Shown: positions 1 to 13,384 of the stretch, one piece after another
How positions within the stretch are numbered: the first letter of the stretch is position 1
Layout: each line of letters begins with the position of its first letter
Source of the DNA: Octopus vulgaris
Lineage: Eukaryota
Assembly (NCBI GenBank): GCA_951406725.2
Contig: OX597822.1
Coordinates: 102,114,001-102,178,000, forward strand
Reading direction: 5' to 3'
Length of the DNA: 64,000 nucleotides
The notes under the pieces: generated by a model
The model's input: the letters and a program-made list of their open reading frames with translations, nothing else
Databases searched by the model: none
Told to the model about the DNA's origin: nothing
Position numbers and translations under genes: made by a program

Positions 1-130
1 TGGAAATTTAACCAGTGAGTGTGTTAAATAATAAGGCACTAAAAGAGAATGACTCTACACATACACAATAAAATATGCTTCAACACACGAACTCACATAA
101 AGAATCTTGCAAACCAAATCCAAAAATGAA

Positions 131-241
<111 letters not shown>

Positions 242-420
242 CGCAGGGGTGCTGAAAATTTCAGGAGGATCAGTTAATTTTATTCAACATATTCCCCTCT
301 CAAATTATCGCAGTGGTCCTTCAGTTTTTCTAAATCCTGTAAAAGAACTCGGAAGATTGGACTTTCAGCCAGGCCTTTCGCGATACCCTTAAAGCCAGGA
401 ACTTTTCAGCATCCCCTCAC
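242..420. mobile_element. Mariner-derived MITE
   Basis: Imperfect TIRs (ta)cgcaggggtgctgaaaa ... ttttcagcatcccctc; lies between GATA and TA repeats. Confidence 0.7.
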
Positions 421-423
421 ATA

Positions 424-496
<73 letters not shown>
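421..496. repeat. (TA)n microsatellite
   Basis: Direct. Similar TA/CA/GA tracts at about 1632-1700, 1840-1970, 2020-2245, 5238-5295, 5690-6000, 7692-7945, 14100-14460, 16755-16992, 35025-35222, 36446-36542, 36714-36790, 37172-37360, 41775-41940, 58750-59110. Confidence 0.95.
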
Positions 497-501
<5 letters not shown>

Positions 502-1225
502 AAGTTATATGAGTGCCTGTGTATATGTCATGTTTATTAATACATTTTATTCCACTTAACTATTTCATAAACCTTTCATTCTTATAATCGGTATTTACTA
601 ATCATTTTATCAAAATTAATATTGATATGCATGCGTATATATCTTATAAAAATAAGATACAACCTGAATATGTTTGAAGATACAACAGAAAATTTGCATA
701 GTTCATGTTTTGTCTACCATTAGCAGATCTTGCGACAGCAAGATAGCGGTAGTTTATTTCTTATAATAAACTTCAGACATCATAAATATATTCAGAAGTT
801 TTTATCATTTCTACCTATGTTAGTTACTTTACATTTAAGTAGTTATATCTAAGTGAACGACTCTCCTTGTCTGGCGATCAAATTATCAAATTTCAGTTGC
901 ATTTTATTCCAGTAAGTTATATAATAGGGTTATAGTATATTGCATCGATAATCATAACTAATAAAACTTGATATATACATACCGGATAATGAAGTTACAA
1001 GAATCTTCATCGGAGACTGATATAATATAATTTGTAGATTTTACAATATTAATGTACTTCCTCTAAAGTATTCGTGCGATCGGATCCAGAGTGAAGGTCA
1101 ACAATCTCTCAACTTTTTAACTTATGTAGCAGGTAGATGTTAAATAGTTACTGGTGAGGAGAAAAGTTAAGGATTTTGAAGATTGTAAGAATATAATCCA
1201 AAGTTTGCGGGATTTATGTAGAGAA

Positions 1226-1580
1226 CTAGCAGACACACCCGGCGTTGCTCTGGATTTAAATTACATAGTTTGTATGCATGGTATAGTTAAGTTGAAACAT
1301 GTGATACGGGGAAGTGCAGCATTGGCGACAAAACATTTGTGGAGTAAATGAAGAGTTAATACGACTAAGTGACACGTCATGCGTCTCTCTGGAAAATTCC
1401 AGGCCCTAACCGTGTCATCGAAAAGTGGGTGGGGTATATGATTTTTTTAACACACCAAAAAGCTCTCAGCGAATATACTCTCCTTCACAGCTGGTTAATT
1501 GGGTATTTCATCAGGGGAGAATTTTCCAGAAAGGAGTTACATTTTCCAAAGTGTCGATCGACCCTTGACAGACTCAGATG
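1226..1580 (-). mobile_element. Degenerate non-autonomous Helitron
   Basis: a|ctagcagacacacccggcgttgctctgg is the reverse complement of the Helitron 3' hairpin + CTAG|T seen in other copies; the 5' boundary is uncertain. Confidence 0.55.
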
Positions 1581-1627
1581 TATGCATTTTGGCAATGTAT
1601 GCATTAAAAAAAAAACCACTATTAGCA

Positions 1628-1698
<71 letters not shown>

Positions 1699-1845
1699 TA
1701 TATTAAATTAGAGATAAAACCACTATTAGGCAAATCAAACAGTGAAAAACATAAGCCAATACATAAAATTAATTTTAAAATATAAAAGTTAAAAATTTAA
1801 AAATTATTAAAATAATTTAAACTTATAAATTTTAAATATATATAT

Positions 1846-1903
<58 letters not shown>

Positions 1904-1920
1904 TTTGTTTATTAATTAAT

Positions 1921-1951
<31 letters not shown>

Positions 1952-2035
1952 TTAATTTTTTTATTTAATTTTTTTTATATAAATATCAAAAGTATTAAAA
2001 GTTTAATAAAAGATAAAGAGTAAACACACACACAC

Positions 2036-2069
<34 letters not shown>

Positions 2070-2151
2070 TTGATATAGTTGTGCGCGTGCGTTTGTAATA
2101 CATAATAGTTGTTACTGGTGGAGCAGTTTCAGTTCGAGTAAACTAGGTGTC

Positions 2152-2189
<38 letters not shown>

Positions 2190-2754
2190 AAAGAGAGATA
2201 CAGAGGGATAAAGAGAGTGAGAGAGAGAGAGTGAGGAAGAGAGAGATGTAACATTCATCATGTAATTGTGCATGCGTTTGTTAAAATATTGGAGACAACG
2301 AAAAATATGACTTATTAAAAACAGCTTGTTAATTACCATATTAGAGTATCGCGCCATCTATATTTGCGCGCAATAGTTATGGTCAACACAAACTATGTAA
2401 ACAAATGAAAACGAATCGTTACCAAATCCAATTGATAAAAATTATTTATAAATTACTTAAACTACAACTACTACAAAGTCAATACGTTTTATCTTTAATT
2501 TAATTTTATGAATTATATTATAAAATGTCATCGACATATTCATGAGAAACGTGCTTAATTAAATTTATAGAAACCACATATGATACTGCTACCTGAGCAG
2601 AAAACCTAATAAGCATCTTTACCCTTTAATTAATATTTCTATATCAATATTATATCTACTAAGCATTCTTTAATCCTTATATTTACAGATGGTGGTGTAA
2701 AGGGTAAAGTATCGACAGATTCAAAGTAATATATAATTAATATGTAATTAATTA

Positions 2755-3333
2755 AGGCGGCGGGCAGACAGGAACGTTAGCACACCGGGCGAAATGCTTA
2801 GCGGTATTTCGTCTGCCGCTACGTTCTGAGTTCAAATTCCGCCGAGGTCGACTTTGCCTTTCATCCTTTCGGGGTCGATAAATTAAGTACCAGTTACGCA
2901 CTGGGGTTGATGTAATCGACTTAATCCGTTTGTCTGTCCTTGTTTGTCCTCTCTGTGTTTAGTTCCTTTTGGGTAGTAAAGAAATAGATATTTCGTCTGC
3001 CTCTACGTTCTGAGTTCTAATTATGCCGAGGTCGACTTTGCCTTTCATCCTTTCGGGGTCGATAAATTAAGTACCAGTTACGCACTGGGGTTGATGTAAT
3101 CGACTTAATCCGTTTGTCTGTCCTTGTTTGTCCTCTCTGTGTTTAGTTCCTTTTGGGTAGTAAAGAAATAGATATTTCGTCTGCCTCTACGTTCTGAGTT
3201 CTAATTCTGCCGAATTCGACTTTGCCTTTCATCCTTTCGGGGTAGATAAATTAAGTACCAGTTGCGTACTGGTTTCGATCTAATCGACTGGCCTTTCCCA
3301 AAAACTTTCGGGCCTTGTGCCTACAATAGAACA
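2755..3333 (+). mobile_element. tRNA-derived SINE family A (Nin/Deu-like core) with internal 186-bp tandem repeat
   Basis: Head ggcggcg..gttagcac..gagttcaaattcc; core gcctttcatcctttcggggtcgataaattaagtaccag present three times; 17-bp TSD taatatgtaattaatta (2738-2754 / 3334-3350). Confidence 0.9.
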
Positions 3334-3351
3334 TAATATGTAATTAATTAT

Positions 3352-3408
<57 letters not shown>

Positions 3409-4556
3409 TAATTGATATCAGTATTTGAAAACTCATAAACATGCAAAAAATACAGGAATAATCAGTCTCCTTGCCCGTATTTAAGATGAAACATTAATGT
3501 TTAATACGAAATATTAATATCTAATATTTATATATCTACTAAGAATTTTTTATTCCTATAGTTATAGATGTTAGTGTATTAAACATGAAATACCGACCTA
3601 TTCAAAATACTAGTAACTTTAACATAATTGATTTATTTATGATGATAGTATATCTAATGGTAGTTTTTGAGAGCCCATTTATATGCGTGAACACATGAAA
3701 AATCAGAATCAATCCTTGTATTTAAGAAGCACCTCTTGGAATATTAGATTTGGTATAACTCCTCGAGGCAGAGAAACAAAAAGAATTTCTAAATTTATAA
3801 GCAGCAGCTTTGCTTACAATCTCCCACTCAACAGAAAAACTATTTTTCTTGTTTTTCAAGTCCCAAATAAATTTACTGGTACAAGAGGATCTGTTCCCAT
3901 TATTAAAGGTGTAATTGTGATTAGAGATACGTTTCTTGATAAAATGCTGCGTTGCCCCTATGTAAAAGAAACTCACCTTCAGATTTACATCTGTAAACAA
4001 CATTTTTGTGCTTACAACAATTTTTAAATAAACATTTACATCTAACTTTGCAATCACCAAATATATTTTCGTTACTACTCATATTAGTATGTTTTATATA
4101 CCATTATTCTCATTTGGATATTTTTGCTTATTTCGTCTATCCTTATTCCTATTCCTGCCAGTTCGTTTAAAATTATAACTAACATGAGAAACATTCATGT
4201 TGTTGGAGATACTGATGTCCATATTTTTAGGATGATATTTCAATTTTTGTTTATACCCAGCTTTGCTGAGTGCTATGTTATAATAGCATTATTGTCAAAA
4301 ATATCCTTAATAGACTATACATCAGAAATTCTTTCACAGATATTATAAACTAAAAAGTCTTTTACAGAACCGGAATGATTACTTCCAACATTTATATTAT
4401 ATTCTTAAGATTGGAGTTAGGCTTGTGATATGGTTCATAGTTGTCAGTAATGAGATTAAGATTAACATCCAAGAAGTTAACCGATTCATGGTTATTTTCT
4501 ATCGTTATAGAGTCCAAAACTCTTTAAAAATTTGTAAAAAATTTTCTTATATAGTT

Positions 4557-4808
4557 TAAGTTACAGTTCTATATTTAAGAGATGAGGAATTATGTACATT
4601 ATTTATATGGGATGGATATTTGACCGCATCTTGTTTGTTTTTAACACAACATTTCGGCTAATATACTCTTCAGCCTTCATCAGGTGTTTTGAAGAAATTT
4701 CGAACATGGGTTCTCATTCCTAAGGTATTTTTCGAAAAATACCTTAGCCGAAACGTTGTGTTAACAACAAACAAGATGAGAACAAATATCCGTCAAATTT
4801 AAATAATG
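4557..4808 (-). mobile_element. Short inverted-repeat element carrying a hammerhead motif, inserted in the PLE RT
   Basis: 7-bp TSD tatagtt (4550-4556 / 4809-4815); removing it restores RKLELYKKIF; arms at about 4595-4661 and 4744-4810 are inverted copies. Confidence 0.8.
4643..4688 (-). ncRNA. Minimal type I hammerhead ribozyme motif (degenerate)
   Basis: aacac-CTGATGA-aggctg..tagcc-GAAA-tg-TT-gtgtt; stem I aacac/gtgtt; the inverted partial arm keeps GAAAcgTTgtgtt. Confidence 0.6.
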
Positions 4809-4968
4809 TATAGTTCAAGTTTCCTATTAGATAGGTTCCTAATGGTAGAAAAGGTATCATCCCTATAAAAACCTCCTGCATGTTCAGGAAAATCCCTTCC
4901 TAAGGCAAAAAGAATATAAATACCAACTAAATCTGTAACTTGAGCAGAATCCGCGTATCCTATGGTTA

Positions 4969-5234
4969 TAGGTGGTTCCGATAAGGTAGTTATCCACCCC
5001 TGATTAGAACTCTCTCGTATGACATGTGCACAAGTTCAGTGACTTGCTTTTACTTCCGCGGACTAACGACACACTGGCTGTACGACCGCTTAATATGTCT
5101 CCGAAGAAATCGTGCGAATACTGTTGTATATGCAGCAATTATAGAGGGAAGAATGTAGACAGCAAAGTTATTTCATTTCATAGATACCCTGCAAACGTCG
5201 CTATTCGTCGTACTTGGCTTCAGAGATCGCGACT

Positions 5235-5237
<3 letters not shown>
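4969..5237 (+). mobile_element. 5' fragment of a THAP-domain DNA transposon
   Basis: ATG at 5095: MSPKKSCEYCCICSNYRGKNVDSKVISFHRYPANVAIRRTWLQ matches the THAP pattern C-x2-C..SFHRxP..R..W; truncated by (TA)n. Confidence 0.7.
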
Positions 5238-5295
<58 letters not shown>

Positions 5296-5296
<1 letters not shown>

Positions 5297-5590
5297 AATG
5301 GATGAATGAATTATCCTTTGTTTACCGTTAACATGGAAAATTCAATAAACAGTTACCAAGGTAGCAAAATTCACGCAAGTAACAAGGATGTAGCGACCCT
5401 ATTCAAAGGTAGAAGCTCCGGGTTAAGGTGCAGTATTTTGTGTAGTATAAGTAAATAAATGGAGTTGAACGCAGATGCTATTCAAATTCTTTTACTTTCG
5501 ACATATGTTTCGAAGACAACATTGGTTTTATTCCAAAGGAATAAACGGTGTAAAAAGTAACCAACGACGATTAGATACTTCGTATAGCTT
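5296..5590 (-). mobile_element. Degenerate relative of the hammerhead-bearing element at 35.2-36.4 kb
   Basis: Minus strand reads cttcGAAAcatatgTCgaaag and cgttcaactccatt, shared with 36231-36280; abuts (TA)n; CUGANGA box decayed. Confidence 0.65.
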
Positions 5591-6175
5591 GCGCAACGAA
5601 CACATAGAAAAATACCCATAAAATTACATCTATATCATATCTATATCATAAAAGTATATCTATATCATAAGTACAAATATACATACAACTATACACACAT
5701 ATGGATACGCATACAGATATACAAAAATACAAAATATGTATGCAAATAGATGCTCACATATATAAAAATATACACACAAATGCATACACATTTATATATG
5801 TATGTATATATATACGTATATATACATGCATATATATATATATATATATATACATACACACACGCATATGTATACGCACACACACATACATGCATATACA
5901 TACATATACATACCTACAATACATACACACACATAAATATATAGAGACATATCTACATCATAACGTATATATGCAAACAATTTGGTATATATATATATAT
6001 CCTACCTATGACCTGGCATATGAATAGGCGTCGTTTTGGGGTATCGCATATTTTTGTTTTTCTCCAGTCTCTTAATTATCTTTTCCATTCTGTTTCTTTT
6101 CTTTGATAAAGTGTAATCACCCGAAACGTCAGATTCTTTTCAGCTTCTTCCTTTGGCGTATGAAGCTTTACTCTA

Positions 6176-6552
6176 CACTTGCGTCAGAAATTAATTAGCA
6201 CTTCTCAAATTTCTACATTAAATAGGTTAAATCAATTAACCTATGAGCTGTTCAAAACGTCTTACGCGATGAGAAAACTTAGTATGGTGTGATTTCGGTC
6301 CTTGCGAGGCGCTACTTATATCTATTAAACAAAGGAAGATTTGTCTGCATCCGCACTCCAATTTGTTGCACTGCTATGTCAACATCATAAGGCTGTAGAC
6401 TCTCAAACTGCTCTGCAAACAAAGTTACGTCATCGTTCTGCGCAACAGTGAACTCGCAACAAAGCAATAGTTCGAGATATGGCCACTAGGTGACAGCACA
6501 TACCTTGAGTGAAGAGCAAATCAAGGGTGCTAATTAATTTCTGACGGTAGTG
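6176..6552. mobile_element. Tc1/mariner-type MITE
   Basis: TIRs cacttgcgtcagaaattaattagcac / gtgctaattaatttctgacggtagtg; TA on both sides. Confidence 0.85.
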
Positions 6553-7689
6553 TATACTTCTTCGTTAGTTGCTTTTTTTTTTTTCGTTTCATATTTCTAT
6601 TCTTTTTACTCACGTACTTTCGCTTGTCCGGTTTGTTTGTTCGTTTCCTCTTTGCTTCGAATTTTATTCAAGCTATTTACGTGATTTCACCTCCATGTGA
6701 GTGCGTGTATCAATGTGTAAGAGAGAGGGTAGAGAGAGAGAAAGAATGAGAGCAAGAGGGAAAGAAAGAAAGGAAGAGAGAGAGAAAGAGAGAGAGAAAG
6801 GCAGAATTTTGATTAATTAAGAATCTGAAATTGTTTAGCATTAAGTTTGCCTTTTTTTACTGTTCATTAATAACATTTGCAATAGAAACAAATCTAATCT
6901 CCACTTAGAAACTTTTTAAATAAGTTCAAGGTAACTCGTTTATAGTGAAAGGTATTTAATTATAAACTAGATTAGAAATATACTAGTTAAAATTAATTTT
7001 GATAGTTATTTTTTGTAAATAAACAGTAAATAAATTAGGTAAGATATAAGCATTGACAGCAATTATCCTGATAGCGACATTTTTTCTTCTTTCCCTTTTT
7101 AACTCATTTTTTTTTGTACTTATATAAATATATCTTTTCAAATTGTCTGTGTACATTCAATAAATGGAATGTATTGTTTTTTTTTTATTTAAAGCCTAAC
7201 TTATTTATTTTCGACCAAAACAATGATAAGAAATATTCCCTGGTAGTTCCACAAAGTTAATCAATCGATTACGGCTTTGTTATATTCCATAGATAAATTC
7301 ATTGATTGTTAGCTCTCTTACTCTTTCACAACCTTCCCGTTCTCTTTCTCTTTATTTGATAACTTATTAACAACACGTCCTCACCTGCTTGCAGACATTA
7401 CGAGTCTGTAGATTCCTCGCCAAAAGAATCAGTTCTTTTGTCGTTGGTTTTGTTTTTCTTTCCGTACTGTGAAACTATCTTTCCTTTTCGTTTATATATA
7501 TTTTTTTTCCAATATCGTTTTTGGCGATATACACAGTCATATCAGACCAATAGGTTCTTCTCTTTTTTTTTTTTTCTTTGCAATTTCATGCAAAAGAAAA
7601 CTGGTGCCAATCATCATCATCATCATCATTTCAATATTTAGACATTTAGACATTTCTGGTCGACGTTTTAGACACGTATACAATTCCAG

Positions 7690-7742
<53 letters not shown>

Positions 7743-7771
7743 GGATATAGATACACACGCACACACACATA

Positions 7772-7855
<84 letters not shown>

Positions 7856-8233
7856 CATACATATATACATACAAACACATATATATATACATTACATATG
7901 TATATTTATAAGTGTGTGTATGTGTGTGAGCGCGCGCGCGTGTGTGTAGTGTTTCTGTTATCTCTTTCAAAATGGTTGGAAGTTATCTCCATCCGCATAG
8001 AATATTTCCCAGAAAATAATATTGTCCCCTCCGGAACTATTCTTTTGAAGATTTTGTTTTTCAGTTTTATGCTTGATTTAATGGAATTTCGTCAATTATT
8101 TCAAAACTCTGTTCCAATATCTACCTATGACTATACATGGATCGGTAATAGAGATTCATTTGGCACTTCATGGAGCTAGTTCTTTAGCAGCTTATCTCAA
8201 TATATCACAGATATTAATATTTTTCGCTCCTAA

Positions 8234-8440
8234 AGGCCGCGACGTTGCGGAATTGTTACCGCCCCGGGAAAAATGTTTAGCGGCATTTCGTCCGCTTTAC
8301 TTTCTGAGTCCAAATTCTGCAGAAGTCGACTTGGTTTGTCATCCTTTCGGGATCGATAAAATAAATGCTAGTTGGACACTGGGAACGATGTAATCGACTT
8401 GTCACACACCCGAAATTGCTGGTCTTGTACCAAAAGCTGG
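8234..8440 (+). mobile_element. Degenerate SINE family A
   Basis: Head and catcctttcgggatcgataaaataa core recognisable. Confidence 0.75.
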
Positions 8441-9832
8441 TCTTGTACCCAAATAGCGACGATGTTAGATAGATGCTGAATTAGATTCATGAAAATATGA
8501 ATTTCGTCATTCATATTTGTAATGCCTTTTCAGCATTACAATCTTTGTCACTCGCACCGTCACTTGACTGTGTTACTAAAATACCATTGAATAAGAATCT
8601 GTCGTCACGCTTTTACCTTGAAAAATTGTTTAACTTTCAATTCACCACTTACATATTACAAAAGCTGTGCTTAACGTCATTTGATTTCCTAAAAATCAAA
8701 TGACAAATACTTTCATTTTATACAGGTACAAATACTTTCATTTTATTTCATTTCGCCCACACCGTCAGAGTGGAGAAAGGATTGTCACTTCATAGAAATG
8801 CTATAACATACTTCCATATTTGTTTCATAAAAATTTTATGACGAACGGTTTCATTTACTCAGCTTTTCCAGTGGAGTCCATACACAACAGTAATTTTGGT
8901 AGTGCACCCACCTCCAAACCCTGGCCTTGGAAAGGGGTTATTTTATTATGATTATAAGTGGCTTAAATAAGGCTAATGAGTTTTGCAGTGAAACAAGAAT
9001 TTGAAAAGCATGGTTGAAAGCAAGATTATTAGAACGTAAACTTTATAGCAAAGATAATTTTGTATCAAGAATTAAACTTTGACTTACTAACATCCCTCTA
9101 GCTTTCGCTCATTCGCAATTACAGCTTCCAGTCTGAGTGGCTTTGTCAACGACAGTTAATAAATCTATCATTGTTAGTTGTTGAACAACGTAAATACGTT
9201 GCAATTGATCGGTTTGATTTAATATGCAGCTCTTTTAGAATTAAACGCAGTGGTAGGGCTATGAAGATAATGTCGTAAAAGTCGCCTGTATTATGTACAC
9301 GGGAGATTTCCAGATTTAAAACTTCTTAACTATTGTATTAACTGGATACTTAATTCAGATATATTTTTATGCATTGACACATTTGTTTTAGATTTTAGTT
9401 ATATCTATCTTATCTGTTAATCATCACCATCAGTATCGTCATCACCGTCCTACACGACGATGATAAGCTCTGTCGAGCAAACGAGAACAGGTACACTTGT
9501 TAATTAATAATTTCTGAAATCGCTTCAGTGTTTAAGTATAAGTTTTGTAGATTAATATGGCAACCCCTCGATTTTATCACACATTCAACCTGAATTAAAA
9601 GCATGGGCTAACTCCTCCCCCACAGAACTCATGTTTTCTAGGAGACTGTGCAGGAAGTTGCCTTTTTATTTTGTAGTTATTGAACAGTTCTACTTTCATT
9701 CGTTATTTCAGCTAAGTCTATATTTTCGTTCACCATTTGTAGTAAAGCATGATACTTTTATTTTGGTCTATCCTTGTATTTTTTTTATTTCTATTCTTCA
9801 TTTTTATTCTTATGCATACTTTTGCTACTTGT

Positions 9833-10223
9833 GTGGAGGCGCAATGGCCCAGTGGTTATGGTAGCGGACTTGCGGTCGTAGGATCGCGGTTTCGATTCCC
9901 AGACCGGGCGTTGTGAGTGTTTATTGAGCGAAAACACCTAAAAAGCTCCACGAGGCTCCGGCAGGGGATGGTGGTGATCCCTGCTGTACTCTTTCACCAC
10001 AACTTTCTCTCACTCTTACTTCCTGTTTCTGTTGTACCTGTATTTCAAAGGGCCGGCCTTGTCGCTCTCTGTGTCACGCTGAATATCCCCGAGAACTACG
10101 TTAAGGGTGCCCGTGTCTGTGGAGTGCTCAGCCACTTACACGTTAATTTCACGAGCAGGCTGTTCCGTTGATTCGGATCAACCGGAACCCTCATCGTCGT
10201 AACCGACGGAGTGCTTCCATCCA
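9833..10223 (+). mobile_element. tRNA-derived SINE family B (similar to octopus OR-type)
   Basis: A/B boxes tggcccagtgg / ggtttcgattcc; 12-bp TSD tttgctacttgt. Confidence 0.92.
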
Positions 10224-11286
10224 TTTGCTACTTGTCTTCTTTTCTGATTCTGAAATAAAAAATAAATATCTTTCGATCAACATTTGAACGTAGAGATATA
10301 TTGAATTAAAATTTAATTCGGTATTTTAAATCTCTGCTAATCGCTCATTTTGTAGTTGTATTAGACAATAATAAAACTCTATTTTCGAACTACATTTGAA
10401 CTACACTCGCAGATTCCTTCATTCGCTTGTTGTAATTCGAAAATATGCAAAAACAATGTTTCTTTTTTTAATCTTGTTCCGAAAACCTGCCTCAGAGCAA
10501 TATTTGCTTTCGCCATTTGTCTTCTTTTGTTACTCTGAAATCTGAAGTAAACCACTTTACTGATTCCTGCCACCAACGAATCTCTTTTTTTTTTTTTCTT
10601 CGCCGAGATTTACCATTCAAGTCTGTTCAATTTTAAACATGAAAACAACTCAAGTACTAAGACAAGTGTTTTCTTGTGCCATATTAGTTATGTATATAAC
10701 ATTTCTTTTTTTGTCTTGTTGGTTCAATGGAAATAAAAATAAATTTACTGTGGTGGATTGAGAGAATATTCAGCACGTAGGACAAAATGCCTTGCAGCAA
10801 TTGTCTGGCTCTTTACTTTCTCAGTTCAAATCGCACTGAGTTCAACATTGTGGTTCATCCTTCCGGACGTGCTACAATCAAGTGACGGTGAAGTACTGGA
10901 GTCGTTATGTAATCAACTGTAACCATCCTTCCAAATGGAAACCTTGTGCCTATGCAAGAGATCAATAATTCTATATAATTCAAAATTACCGTGCGTTGAC
11001 AAGAGGCAAACACCTCGAAACTGCAGTCCGTGCGTATCACTTAGGCTTACGAGAGAGGGATGACCTCCCTTTGCAAATACCATAAGGGCACAAATAGTGT
11101 GCCTAAAGCCAGCTGAAGACGATGATCGCCTGAGGCTAAAAGCTACAGTAACACCCACCCTTAGTGGTTAGCCATATTGATGGCTAGTATACATTATGAA
11201 TTCAAAAGGAATTATTGTGAAAGCTTTAATTAAGAAGAAATAACTTAAATACTTTTGGGTAAAGAATTTTGTAAAATTTTGTAAAA

Positions 11287-11541
11287 GTGAAGTTCCATCG
11301 CGGGTCATATAGACTCATAAGGGCCGGTTTCCCGGTTTGTTTCCATGGCGTATATATTCCTCATCTGGACAGGACGCCGGTCCGTCGCAGGATTACTCAC
11401 TTTCGCCGACTGAGTGGACTGGAGCAACGTGGAAGGAAGTGGTTTGCTCAACAACGCAACGCGTCGCCTTGTTCAGGAATCGAAACCACAATCTTACGAT
11501 CATGATTCCAACAACCTAACTACTAAGCCACGCGCCTCCAC
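11287..11541 (-). mobile_element. tRNA-derived SINE family D (Meta/MESC-like central domain)
   Basis: Minus strand: gtggaggcgcgtggcttag..ggtttcgattcc..cctgcgacggaccggcgtcctgtccag..gaaaccggccc. Confidence 0.8.
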
Positions 11542-11988
11542 CTGTGTTATAAAAATTACATAAATTATGGCTGATCGTTTTTTATGTTAGGAACAGTCCA
11601 GTTGAAATAATTATTTAAGCATTGATTTCTTTCTATCAGATATAAACTATCTGATCAACGTCGCATCATTTAATTAATTTAATTAAAATACAAATGCCAG
11701 GAGATAGTTTCATGTTTTAACACCATCTTTAAAATGTCTTTCCATCAATTCCCTAAGGTTTTGTTCAATAAGAAAAGATAAATATATAAATGGTGGATTA
11801 AGTCTCTTTTAAAATAAGTTTTACAATCTGAGTTCAAATCCTAAGGTGAACTTTGCTTTTTACTTTCCCTCCGTTAATAAGCTACAGCACCGGCTAAGTA
11901 CTGAGTTTGTTATAACAGGAATGCAGCATTCCGCCAAAATGGAGGCATTGTGCGTATGAAAGACATCAATACTTCTATACATTTCAAA

Positions 11989-12219
11989 GGCGGCGAGCTG
12001 GTCGAATCGTTAGCGCGCCGGGCGAAATGCCTAGCGGTATTTCGTCTGCCGTTACGTTCTGAGTTCAAAGTCCGCCGAGGTCAAATTTGCCTTTCATCCT
12101 TTCGGGGTCGATTAAATAAGTACCAGTTACGCACTGGAGTCGATGTAATCGACTTAATCTCTTTGCCTGTCCTTGTTTGTCTTCCCTATGTTTAACCTCC
12201 AGTGGACAATAAAGAAATA
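11989..12219 (+). mobile_element. SINE family A
   Basis: 21-bp TSD aatacttctatacatttcaaa (11968-11988 / 12220-12240). Confidence 0.92.
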
Positions 12220-12559
12220 AATACTTCTATACATTTCAAAAGGAAAAGGAGGATTTTATTTGAATAAAAGATTTGTACTTTAAAGGAAAATGTTGTCTTT
12301 TGTAAATTATATAAAATACGACAGTGCTGTCCAACATATGACAGGTAAATTTGGAAGTATATTTTTGACTTACTCCACGGGTAATATGAAGAAATATGGC
12401 ATATATACAATAGTTATAGTTCAAACCTTTTGTCAAATTTCTTAATGCTTCCATAAAATGATTAAATGAACACTAATTTTCATATGAAAAGTATTTATTT
12501 GCCTATAATAAAATTAGATGTGACAAATTTCTCATTTGTATATCTCTTTTCATTAAATG

Positions 12560-12760
12560 TTTTGGGGTAAAGAATTTTGTGTTATAAGTAAAAGTAAAGT
12601 TCCATCGCGGGTCATATAGATTCATAAGGGCCGGTTTCCCGGTTTGTTTCCATGGCGGGACGCCGGTCCATCGCAAGATTACTCAGTTTCGCCGACTGAG
12701 TGGACTGGAGCAACGTGAAAGGAAATGGTTTGCTCAAGAACACAACGCTCAAGAACACAA
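12560..12760 (-). repeat. Local duplicate of the SINE D 3' part plus flank (copy of about 11250-11460)
   Basis: Shares the flank ttttgggtaaagaattttgt and the SINE body, with an internal deletion. Confidence 0.75.
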
Positions 12761-12893
12761 TCATTTACTCCATCTCCTCCACCTTCTCCGTCTCTATGAG
12801 TCTTTCTCTCCATTCATCCTACAACCGCCTGTGTTAACATTTTCAGTGTCGCTCTTTCAATCTATCTCCTCCTCCTCTTTGTATGATATAAAA

Positions 12894-13311
12894 GGCGGCG
12901 AGCTGGCAGAAACGTTATCACGCCGGGCGAAATGCTTAGCAGTATTTCGTCTGCCGCTACGTTCTGAGTTCAAATTCCACCAAGGTCGACTTTGCCTTTC
13001 ATCCTTTCGGAGTCGATTAAATAAGTACCAGTTACACACTGGGGTCGATGTAATCGACTTAATCCGTTTGTCTGTCCTTGTTTGTCCTCTCTGTGTGTAG
13101 CCCCTTGTGGGCGGTAAAGAAATAAGAAACGTTAGTACGCTGAGTGAAATGCTTAGCGGTATTTCGTCTGTCTTTACGTTCTGAGTTCAAATTCCGCTGA
13201 GTTACTTGATTTATCGATGTCGATAAATTAAGTACCAGTCGCATACTCGGATTAATCTAATCGACTGGCCCCCTTCCTCAAAATTTCGGGCCTTGTGCCT
13301 AGAGTAGGAAA
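12894..13311 (+). mobile_element. SINE family A (dimeric)
   Basis: TSD gtatgatataaaag (12881-12894 / 13312-13325). Confidence 0.9.
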
Positions 13312-13384
13312 GTATGATATAAAAGCGTGACCGGGGAAATCAACCATCCAACCAACATGATTTTTATTATACAGAGATGGTTTA

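Larger units (their letters stand above)
3655..4968 (-). pseudogene. Penelope-like retroelement relic: RT C-terminal half plus GIY-YIG endonuclease (possibly Naiad-type)
   Basis: Minus-strand translation gives TIGYADSAQVTDLVGIYIL..GFYRDD, VNFLDVNLNL..YEPYHKPN..SNH and VVYRC..FYIGATQHFIKKRISNH..SKFIWDLK..WEIVSKAAAY; contains frameshifts and stops; interrupted at 4557-4808. Confidence 0.85.
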
